From NCBI GenBank assembly GCA_950097015.1, contig CATNEN010000038.1:24614001-24678000 (forward strand): 64,000 nt of DNA, given 5' to 3'. The position numbers were made by a program, and so were the translations under genes. The stretch's first letter is position 1. Every line of letters begins with the position of its first letter. A model generated the notes under the pieces. The model was not told where the DNA came from. It worked only from the letters and a program-made list of their open reading frames with translations, and searched no databases. Positions 34,186 to 44,468 of this stretch are shown piece by piece. Source of the DNA: Macrostomum hystrix. Lineage: Eukaryota > Animalia > Platyhelminthes.

Positions 34186-34452
34186 AAGACCAATCGCCAT
34201 GAAAATCCAGAACACGGACTAAAACTATCCGCTCTATCCGATGAAACTGCTGAATATCTCGACGATGCTGACACCCGACGGCTTTGAAGGTTAGTTCATC
34301 GTAAAGGGCGGAAAATTTTGAATTACACGGTCGAATGTCACGAACATTGGTCATTCGGTTTGGGAGTCTGTAAAGTAGGCAGTTGGTTATTGAAATACCC
34401 CCGTGGTCTTCCCCGAGGGGGAAATAGGGTGGTCTTTCTACTGTTAACAGTA
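34186..34452. mobile_element. Family C deletion derivative (terminal fragment also at 34930-34972)
   Basis: Reverse complement of both ends of 29285-29725 with the central part missing; ends ctactgttaacagta. Confidence 0.6.
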
Positions 34453-35297
34453 AGACTACCAAGCCATTTTGCCGCCCGTTTTTATACCAAGGTCTGATTG
34501 GTTGACAGACTAGGCGATGGTGTCCTGTGGTTGAGCTGCGCCTAATATTTTGGCTTGAGCATTGAAATTTGAGAAATTCGCGTCAGGGTGTCCATAGTAG
34601 CTTAGTTCCACCTGTTGTAGCCCTTGAAGGTCCAGCAGTCTGTCTAGATAAAGGTAGGTGACCACCGAAGACGGAGATGATGCAGGCACATTCGGGTGAC
34701 ATGCTGATCAATTTTGAAGGCCTGGCAAGGCCGCACTGAGGCGCAGTGCAAATTCGTGTATAGGGGTGTATGAAATACACTAGCTCTTATGGGAAAAATC
34801 GGAACTTCAGCCAGAAATATTGAATATCTCGACGGTCTGAAGAGCTGGCGACTTGTTTATTGTTTCAGAAGATGCGCAACAAAAAGTTGGCCCGTGTTCT
34901 TGAGTTTCGTGTGCAGCAAAAAAATTGTCAGGGGTGGGAAATTTCCCCCTCCCTTGGTAGTTCTACTGTTAATATACGAGTAGAATATTGTGTCTTTGTG
35001 ACAATAATTTCTCATTTTTGGGGGCTCAGCAGTGTCTATCCAGATTACAGAACGATTTAAGGGGAGAATTCTTTGTAACCTAAAAAACTAGTCTTCCAGG
35101 AAAATCATTGAAACTAATAACGAAAGGTTAAACAGTTTAAACTGTAATAACGAAACAATTTTAGTACAATATATTTCAGTTAGAAATGCTTTAGAAAACT
35201 AATTGGCGCGGAAAAAACTGAAAACAGCATGGCAACAAAGATGTAAAGCACACGTTCTTAGTTGTCTCGAAGGTTCGTTGCGTGTAACAACTGCACC

Positions 35298-36008
35298 CTA
35301 TCGTTTAACAAGCTTCGGCTTGAGCAGTAGGATATGAATTTCCGGACAAGCATAATCTGGATGCATCTGGTTTAGTGGCACACGAACAAAAGTATCAAAA
35401 TATTGATTGCATTTCGAGAAAAATCTTTGCTCCAAGTCCGATTTGTCCGGCCTAGCTTCGTAGGCGAACAATACACCGGCATTGGTTGCCAAGCGACGCA
35501 TGGCACCTAGCAACGGTTCTATGGCGTCCTCGTAGTACAGGCATTCGCTAACAACTAATAATTTTTCTCCAGTGGGACACCAAGGCGGCAGACAATCTTC
35601 AGCTAGCTTTGACCAGTCAAATTCGTGACAGGTGACAACAGAACTCGAAGCTGCCATAATCTCAGCGTTAGCATCGACATTTCTACGCATCAAAGGCAGA
35701 CAGTCTGGCAGGTCGGTGAGAAAAACACGCCGATAGCCCAGCTGTGCCAATTTCAGACCGACTAAACCAGTACCGGAGCCGAGTTCCACAACTGGCACCG
35801 CGGCCGGGTCGGGCAGGCCAACGGACTGGATGTCGGCATAGTCTAGCCAGTACGCCAGAACCAAGGCAGCGTCCCAGATAACACCGCCGACGTCGCATAC
35901 GCTGGCTTGCCAGATTTGTAGGCTAGTAGAAGCTTTTGTCGATTCTTGGAATTCTACTATTCGACAGAAGTGCGAAGCTGTCGATGTTGAATCTGAATTT
36001 TCGACCAT
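35298..36008 (-). CDS. VCPKMT: Protein-lysine methyltransferase, METTL21D/VCP-KMT (methyltransferase family 16)
   Basis: DVGGVIWDAALVL, motif I VVELGSGTGLVG, post-I VFLTDL, SECLYY, and C-terminal DYACPEIHI. First ATG at 36008. Confidence 0.8.
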   Translation of the reverse strand: MVENSDSTSTASHFCRIVEFQESTKASTSLQIWQASVCDVGGVIWDAALVLAYWLDYADIQSVGLPDPAAVPVVELGSGTGLVGLKLAQLGYRRVFLTDLPDCLPLMRRNVDANAEIMAASSSVVTCHEFDWSKLAEDCLPPWCPTGEKLLVVSECLYYEDAIEPLLGAMRRLATNAGVLFAYEARPDKSDLEQRFFSKCNQYFDTFVRVPLNQMHPDYACPEIHILLLKPKLVKR

Positions 36009-36049
36009 CGAACTCACGCAGGCTAAAATTTTTTAATTTCAAATTTTAT

Positions 36050-36450
36050 GTGGAAGCTGCTAGTCTCTAGATAGTGGAAGCTGCTGGTCTCTAGATAATG
36101 AAAGCTGCTGGTTTCTAGATAATGAAAGCTGCTGGTTTCTAGATAGTGAAAGCTGCTGGTTTCTAGATAGTGGAAGTTGCTGGTCTCTAGATAATGAAAG
36201 CTGCTGGTTTCTAGATAATGAAAGCTGCTGGTTTCTAGATAATGAAAGCTGCTGGTTTCTAGATAATGAAAGCTGCTGGTTTCTAGATAATGAAAGCTGC
36301 TGGTTTCTAGATAATGAAAGCTGCTGGTTTCTAGATAGTGAAAGCTGCTGGTTTCTAGATAGTGAAAGCTGCTGGTTTCTAGATAGTGAAAGCTGCTGGT
36401 CTCTAGATAGTGGAAGCTGCTGGTTTCCTGATAGTGGAGGCTGCTGGTGG
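36050..36450. repeat. 24-bp minisatellite (agctgctggtttctagatagtgaa)
   Basis: Tandem array of about 16 copies immediately upstream of the VCPKMT acceptor. Confidence 0.95.
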
Positions 36451-36979
36451 TGAAGCATTATATGCACAGAAAACTGCGAAATGAAGAAAAAATAGACAAA
36501 ACAGTCAGTAAAACAAAGAAATATACTTGATAATTTTGCGAAATAATTTTGTAAGCTCCAAACTGGTGTATTTTATGCACAACAAGAATTTTTGCAGCAG
36601 CATTGCATTCGTAGAACGTATGAAGTATACATTGTATAATTTTAAGTTGATAAATGCAGCAAACGTTAAAATATTACGAGCGTATTTACTACCTGAAAAT
36701 ATTGTTGCAAAAAGTAAGACATTAGAAAACTGTTGGCACCATAACAAACAAAATGGATTTTTAGTTTGAGAAAAAACCATATAAATAGTACATAATCTAA
36801 CATATTCTTCATTTAATAGACTTATCATAGGAAAGTTTCTTTTAAATTTTAGCATTTTCAAATTCAAGGTCACGAGAAAACCCCTGCAATATTTTTATTG
36901 AAGGTCAAACGCCATTCGGGCGTAAATCTTATTAAGGTTAAACGGCGGATAATCCCCGTCAAGGTCATGCGATGAAACA

Positions 36980-38882
36980 CTAGCCGAGTTCCTGACTGGC
37001 AGCCAACAGTGCCAAGGTGGCAGCCGGCTCAGCGCCGTCGCCGACACCGAAGCCTCCAAGTCGACGCAGGCGCCGAAGCCGGTCGCGAATGGCGCTAACA
37101 GCCTCAGCCGAACGTCCGGCGTCCGAGCAGCGGCGAAGAAAATCGGCCAATGGCTCGGCGGCCAGCTCGACAGCTTCGTCTAGCCGGGTGTCCGGCTTCG
37201 TTGGCAACATCGACGGCGAACGAGAAGGCGAAGTTGTGGCCGACACCGAAGCGGCTAGGCGAGCCAGCTCGGCTCGGAGCTCAACCATGGTAGAGCGAAG
37301 CTCGGCAGCGTCCTGAACACCGACTAACTCGGTGTCCTCTTCTTCGTCAACATCCAACTCTTCGTTTCTATCGCCGATATTGTCGCTAGAAAACTCCGCT
37401 CCTCTGTGAGGACGGCCCTGTCGACGTCGCTGTCGCAGGCGTTCCAGCAAATCAACGTCGCCATCGATGCCAGCTCGGAGGCGACGCAGCAAGCGGAAGT
37501 CGACGACGTCGATAAAAGTTTCTAAGAAAAATTACATAAAAATAAGAAGGAGCTAATTAAAGTTTGCTAATATTATCATAAACGCTTAATCTCAACAAGA
37601 CGAACCAAAATTCACGTCACACCCTTTGCCGACGTCCTCGTTAACGTCCTCTGGATAGTTTTTGACTTAGAGAAAACAAGAATTTGCAGTTTGCGCTTAG
37701 TCAAAATACTCGTAGAAGATCTAAGCATGTGTGAATATGTGCCTATACTTAACGTATTCGTGAGCGCGTGTGTGCTCAGGAATCAGGGGGTTACCAAATA
37801 ATGTACATTGCCTAGAGCCCTTCTGCAGTTATTTATTATCATTATTATTATTATTTATTACCTCTTGAGTGAATTCTAATTGGCTCATCTTCACAAGGAG
37901 TTTCGCCATCTTCCACATCTTCTTGGGTAGCAGCCATGCGACAAGCTAACGCGTGACGCAAATGCGGTGGCAGAGGCAGTGCTGGCTCAATTGAAGTCAA
38001 CGGACTGGTCGTACTCAGCCCGTGCCGTCTCAGCTGACCTGGAAGAGACTGATGACCGTGCCGAGCTTGGTCCTCTGATACAGTTCCGCTAGCGACTTGG
38101 TGAAGAAAACGCTGCAGAGTGCTGACAGTTCTGAAACACGGCATCTCCAGCTTGCCACCGCTTCCGTTGCTGTTATGTCGCACCTTAGCTGCGTCTGAGC
38201 AGGTGAGTAAGAGTTGCAAATGATTATGAGCCAAGAAAAAACAATATCCGGTTTTAAAAACATTTTAAAAGCGTTTTGAATGAATCTAAAACGTTGCTTG
38301 CTAGAGTTTTCTATCAAGTTAATAAAATTCCCCTAGCCTACTTGAAGTAGCAACAGCGGATGACGCGCTCGACTCGCAAAAACTATTGGCTGGCGTGGAA
38401 GAGAAAACTGGCCTAGCAGAGGCGAAGCTGGTAAACAGGCTGCCACTGGCGGTGTCATTGCTGGTGTTTTCTGAGCCCACAGACATTTTCATCAATGCAA
38501 GCAGCCGATTGTACATCACTAACTGACATCGTTTGGAAGCCGTACCGTTTACCAAATCGGCACCCGCGCTAACACTGGCAACACGAAGTGATACTAGCAA
38601 CGCTAGAGTCGCCTCGGGATCGTTGCTAGGCAGAGCGGTTGCCTTGGTTACATTATATAGAAGCCATTCTAGTAGACGAGAACGTCCAGGCTCGTCACCG
38701 GAAAATAACAGACGATCGTAAAACGAAGACAGAGCTCGATTCTCTTTCGAAGAAGACCTGCTAGCGTTGGCCAAACCAGCTGAATGGGGGCTGCAGTCGA
38801 TAAGCAGGGGACAGCGAAGCTGATGTAAATCAGCTATTACTGAGCGTTGCAGAGAGTCTGTGTTGGCAAAATAGTGGGACAT
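36980..38882 (-). CDS. Multi-exon coiled-coil protein, possibly HAUS augmin-like subunit 7; internal exon boundaries uncertain
   Basis: First exon L..LRCPLL...LLF...PGRSRLLEWL resembles the recalled HAUS7 N-terminus (L..LNCPFL...LLC.PS.YRLEILEW). Last exon starts at the ttttcttag acceptor (about 37522) and is acidic/coiled-coil. Confidence 0.5.
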
Positions 38883-39255
38883 TGTGACAGGACAGGCTGC
38901 AATATGAGTTAGACATGAATGTGCGATAACTTTAAACGTTTTATGTTCATGAAAATTCCCTATTTAATTAACTTGCCAGTGCAAGACATGCGGTTAATAA
39001 TCTGCTAACTTGGATCTGTAGGGGAGCGCGTAGAATTAGCTGTGGTAGAAATCAGGGTGCGTGGGGCGGCCTCCCACCAGTCCATGGACTCAAAAGCGGA
39101 CTCAAATTACAGTACGCAGCCACTTGCTGTACATTTCGGCTAGTTTTCATTCGACTTTTCATCTATAAAATCAGTGTCCTTTTGGCCTCTGTTCGATTTC
39201 AGTGTTAGAACGAGAATTTAATTTTTTATATTCTTTTTTTATGTTGGACTTAAAC

Positions 39256-39626
39256 CAGGGGTCAGCAAACACCGGCCCGCGGGCCAGATGCGGCCCTCGA
39301 AGCTCCTAAATCCGGCCCGTTGCCCCTTCTGACATCTACAGTGTCCTGTTTCATCGCTCTCGTGTCTAATCTCTCCCGTGTCTCATCGCTCTCGTGTCTC
39401 ATCTCTCCCGAGTCTAATCTCTCCCGTGTCTAATCTCTCCTGTGTCTCATCGCTCTCGTGTCTTATCTCTCCCGTTTCTCATCGCTCCCGTGTCTCATCT
39501 CTCCCGTGTCTTATCTCTCCCGTGTCTAATCTCTCCCCCATCTCATATTTATACAGTCAATGCGGCCCGCTGTCGTCTTTTAGATTCTCTCTTTGGCCCG
39601 CCAGCAAATAAGTTTGCCTACCCCTG
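39256..39626. mobile_element. Non-autonomous hAT (Charlie/MER58-like) MITE with 8-bp TSD and internal minisatellite
   Basis: TIRs caggggtcagcaaac / gtttgcctacccctg, subterminal ggcccgc motifs, and a perfect TSD ACTTAAAC at 39248-39255 and 39627-39634. Confidence 0.9.
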
Positions 39627-41471
39627 ACTTAAACATTTGACCCTGTGAAATGAGTTATTAAACTTCGTTGCCCATCGTAAGTTAATGTTTTCTGAATCGG
39701 TGCTAGATTTTTTTTATCAATTTACTGCGATCTATTAACAAATACATTAATACACAATGAGTTTTTCTAAATAAAACAGTCTTGTTTATTTAATGATTAT
39801 AATTGCGAAAAGACAATAAAATTAAAGTTTCAATAAAGACACACGTGCATTAAGACAAATATTTTTCGTGCTCAAACAAAATTTTGATTTTGTTAGTCTC
39901 CTAATTAGAACCTAGTAAATGTGCTACTGAACAACTAGTTTGCTCCCGCTAAATAATAGATAGATAGCATAATACTCATAAAGGCATCGGAAAAACAGAC
40001 AGCCGCAAGCAAAGAGTTACTATAATGAGCGACTGAAGAGTACAAACTAGCAGCAGTTGACAAGAGCACAATAGCCGCGGCAGATAAGCCAACAATCAGG
40101 TAAGACACGACTGCATCGGTGCTAGGATGGAAAAAAGCAAATCTGGCTGTGACACACATTTTTTTACTACTGAATCTTTCTAAATATTAAGCACGATTCC
40201 TTAGACAAGATGATGCAGAAATAGAAGCGAAACTTCTAAGAGAGAAATAGAAGAAGCAGAAATGAGCCAGAAGGCAATTTCGTCACTCAGAAGGAAAAGC
40301 TAAAGTACCTATTGTCTCCAAACCAATCGAAGATTGGAGTCGTGTCGATTGGAATTATCTTTCTTCTTCGAAGGTGCGCAAACAGGATTGGAGAAAGTGC
40401 AACGCGTCAAGTCTGAAATACATGTTTGCCATGTTGCAGTACTGCCAAGTTTAGTCTGAAAATGGACTTTTCCATCTGGAAAAATTCTAAATTTCACACG
40501 CTGGAATGAATCTACGAGTCTATTAAGGAAAACTTTCGCGAACTAAATATTCTTGATCAACAAGCAAGTGTGCCGATATCTTCCTATTTGAGCTGGCCAG
40601 TGTTTTGGGAGCGTGGAAATCATACAATCCACGGCAGCTGCTGTTTACTGTCATAATTTTCAAATGGCAAAACCTCTGCTCGTGGAGGATACGTGGAGGA
40701 ACAGAGCTGCATGCCTTGCAATACGACGTGGACATCACTGCGAGCAGCACTATCGATGGAAAATGTTTACGTTTCACGGAGCGGAGAGCTAATAAAAGCA
40801 ACAACCGCGGTTTGAAGGCCTAGATTCAAAAGGATATTGAGCGTCTCTTGTCGGTATTTACAAGAAGTACAAGTACAATCAGATACAATGAGAACTGCCA
40901 TGTTAGCGACTCGTTCTTGAGCTACTATGACAAAGAGACAAGCAATGCGGCCGGAAAATGGCATCAAAACATACCACTTGGCCACCATTTAAGGAGCTAA
41001 CTAAAAGCTACTTAAAGGAAAATTAGGAAAGGCTGGTTTAGAAGCTCAGGTCACTGGTCATTCTCTAGCAGTGTTATAGGAGCGCTAGGTACCGCTCCCA
41101 CACTGGCTAAGGCCCTTGCTAGGGCCACATTTGCTACTATAACGTCATTGAGGGCGTAGTGCCTTCGGTTCAACCGACAACGAATGATAGATTAGGCGCG
41201 CCTTGCATATTCTACACTCAAACTTTAAAATCTTACGACTAATAAATAACAAGACGGAAGAGCCTGTTTCACATAATTCTCATTGCAGTCTATGTTAAAT
41301 TTTTTTACTAAACAAAAATAAACTAACAACATTAAAATATACAAGTTGTCATTATATGAGCGACTATATAATTTGTATCGCTGAAGGATTGATAAATCAA
41401 CAGCATAGATTGATATTTCAAACTGTTATTATTTAGTTAAAATTGCTGATGACTTCTAGTTCGCAACACAT

Positions 41472-42062
41472 TCAACTAGCCCTAAAGAGGCGTCGAAAAA
41501 CTGGTCGATTAGCAATGAAAGTACTTTCATTAAGCATAACAAATTTGACGGGCCTGCTATTGTCGCCATTACGTTTTACACTAAATTTTACATGCCTGTG
41601 ACCAATGTCGGTGATGGCAATACTAGACACCGGGGCTACAATGGGCTTGCTAAACAGCATACTCAAAGGCAGCACTGTCAGAGTGGAAGCGTCTGAGCTC
41701 AGTGTAACGGATCTCACAACATTCCTTGGCGCAATTAAACTGCGATGCACAAAGTAAGCAGAAGATGGCAGCACAATAGTCATGCTTATCGCGCACAACC
41801 AGCTAAGCATTTCATTTCTTTTCTTCTGATAGAATTTTGTGTAGACTAGTAAGCCGCCAGTGAATGCTGAAATTGCAACGCCGCAGACTGCTAAACCGGC
41901 GTACAATTGTTGAAAGCGTCTCAGCCTACTGCGAACAGGCACATTGTAGACTAGCTGGATAGCTGGCTCTGTTGCTGAGCCACCGCCAGCGGCTAAGCCT
42001 CTAGCTGATAGGTTTCGGAAGCCGCGGTGACAGAGACCGCGACAGACTGCATTCAGGATAGG
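41472..42062 (-). CDS. TMEM223: TMEM223-like mitochondrial inner-membrane protein; the exon starts at an acceptor with no ATG at its 5' end
   Basis: Two TM helices, RNVVRSVTLSSDASTLTV (cf. RSVRSVVLRAGGQQVTL) and C-terminal FVMLNESTFIANRPVF. The frame is open from the cgcag acceptor (42063) and encodes an Arg-rich presequence-like segment. Confidence 0.65.
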   Translation of the reverse strand, partial: PILNAVCRGLCHRGFRNLSARGLAAGGGSATEPAIQLVYNVPVRSRLRRFQQLYAGLAVCGVAISAFTGGLLVYTKFYQKKRNEMLSWLCAISMTIVLPSSAYFVHRSLIAPRNVVRSVTLSSDASTLTVLPLSMLFSKPIVAPVSSIAITDIGHRHVKFSVKRNGDNSRPVKFVMLNESTFIANRPVFRRLFRAS

Positions 42063-43384
42063 CTGCGGGCCAATCGGGGCGATTTCATTTTAAGACAAAA
42101 GTTTAAGTAACATCTTTGGTAGGAATACATCCTACCATTTCTAATAACGTAGAATACATCCCTACATTATTTACTTGATATTTAATTATCAGATTAGGAA
42201 AGTAAAAGAATCAAGTGTTCTTACTTCTCTTGTACTATAGTATTCACGAATAGTAATGATAAATGGTATGAAAAAAGTCTTATTAGATCAAGCTAGTTCC
42301 GTCTTGCACAAAGAACTTATTTTTTTAGCATTTGGCAATCTAGCAATCTAAGAGGGCCTGTCAGAGTACACAACACTGTTTTAAATAAATACGCACTTTT
42401 TCGAGGACAATTTCTATTACTTTCTAGGAAAAAAGGAACAATGCGAATAACAACACCATGGAACAAATATCCGTTCAAAAGTTCAATATATATACGTTTG
42501 ACATTATATCTAAAACTCTATAAGCAAAAAATCATGGTTTTGTAGAATTGAAATTGAAATAAAAACGATTTATATAAACAATAAAGTTACCTTAGCCAAC
42601 AGGGCCAAAAGCAACAAGAGGGAAGGCACAGGCGTGGCGACAAAGTCAGGGGACGAACGAGTCCTGCGATAGCGAATATATTTTAGGATTTGGGGCGTCA
42701 CGAAGGAAGGATTACGAGTAAAAAGGAAGTCACGAAGCAACGGAATAAAGGCAATAAAGAAAAAAAATTTACGAGCCAGAGCGCTCACGAGAGAGCGTGA
42801 GCGCACAAATAAAAGTGGGGCCGACGCCGCCACCCCCCCAACCAAACCACCCCACCTGCCGGCCGGCACCCAGCACCCCACCTTGCGGCAGGATGCACAC
42901 GCGCGAGCCGCACGCACAGACAGGCGGAGGGTCGGCCCAGTCGGCTAAACACGATTACAGAGCCAGTTAAAACCGGCCCCGAAATCGCAACCTTACCGAG
43001 GCACAGGGATTCTAAAAAAAAACTAAAACAGCGGCATGTCGAATAAATAAGTGAAAAACGGTATACATGTAATGATATTTTTCACGAGTTGGAATCGTAA
43101 TTAGAAAAGCCACAGCAAAACAATGTTAATTACTATAGACATAACTATGCAACATGGTTTTAGAGTCACATAACTTCGGTAATGTTGGTTCTGTGTTAAA
43201 GAATCGAAAAATGCACCGTAAAAACGTTAAAAGAAGATTAATAAAAAGAAGATAAAAAAATTAATTCGTATAGAAATACTAGATATTTCGCATAGCGATA
43301 AATAATCCTATTCATAATTCCAAAAAATGTAACTAGATTCGATCAATCCAAAACTTGCAGCACTACTATTAGTGATGTGAGAGG

Positions 43385-43700
43385 GCTTAGTGACACACTG
43401 GTTGACGCGTGTACTTCTCACATAAAGATCGCTGAGCTCGAGTCCACAGTGAGGCCACTCTAATTTGGAGCGCAGCCGCAGAAAGCTCGGGGGGCTTGTC
43501 GTGCAATATACGCCCCTGAAGGTCAACCTCCAAGACTGTCAGGCAAGCAAATCCACTGCCTGACGATGAACAAATTAGGGCAGATGTACACAAATTTGTG
43601 TGCCTGAGTACGGTATCCGTGTGCGTATTTGCTCATGAGTCAGCGAAATTAGCAGAATTTCTACTCGCTTGCTGCGGATTACTGTCAGTAAATTATATAC
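43385..43700 (+). mobile_element. Near full-length, diverged SINE family B copy
   Basis: tRNA-like head (gacgcgt..ttctcacat..ctgagctcgagtcc), then a body shared with 15-197, 54230-54500 and 58865-59020. Confidence 0.6.
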
Positions 43701-43859
43701 GACCTGCCAGTGCCAACAGACCCCTTGAAAGCATGTATTATTTTATTATTAGTGATTTCTGAAAATTAATTGAATGCCGTTGGACAAAATTCGAAGCTCT
43801 TTAAGTAGCAAAAATTGTAAAACTTCGGTAGAGCTAATCTGTTTCATTTGGCGACAGTC

Positions 43860-43998
43860 GACACACAGTCAGCGAGTGGGAGATTCTGCATAACGATTCC
43901 TCATATTAATTAGCACACATACGAAAACGGATACAGGCGCAAGTACACTCATACTGGTGTGTGCATCTGTCCAATATTTTTCATTGTTAGGCAGCATA
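43860..43998 (-). mobile_element. Inverted SINE family B 3' fragment
   Basis: Reverse-complement similarity to 43555-43690. Confidence 0.5.
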
Positions 43999-44468
43999 CA
44001 TCCTTATTTTTTTCTATTAGCGGGAATTGCAAAACTGGCTCTTAAATATTTTTGTACAGCAGCATCCAAATGAATGTGGCCTTATTAAGAGCTGAGGGAC
44101 TTTTGGTCTTCTTCCTCTGTTTTGGAACTCTTTTACGAGAGATGCAGATGGTAAGCTAGCCACTCACCCAAATTTTAGCATTTTTTAGTTTGAGTAATTT
44201 ATTACACATCTGAGGCGCAATAGTCGATTTGACACACAATTGGAGAGGAGTGTACAACAATAATGACAAAAAGAATGTGAGTCGCTATACTTTGCAATTG
44301 TGTATTAACCAGTGCCGTATGTGTTCAGTATATAATAATTATGATGAGCGTCATAATGAGAGCTAGAAGCCAGGAAAAACTTTTGTTAATAGCAAAAAAT
44401 CGATAGCTAAATCTTTTGGGACAAACAAGGAATCGCTTGGCAAAATTGTCTTCGATTGGCATACATTT

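Noticed and set aside
41109-41131. Second histone-like hairpin GGCCCT-TGCT-AGGGCC-ACATT (+)
   Set aside because: The UGCU loop breaks the UYUN consensus and no + strand gene lies upstream. The longer gggccctaa...ttagggccc palindrome at about 46467 was rejected for the same reasons.
42570-42917. 115-aa minus-strand ORF upstream of TMEM223
   Set aside because: GTG start, no ATG, low complexity. More likely promoter, UTR or outron sequence.
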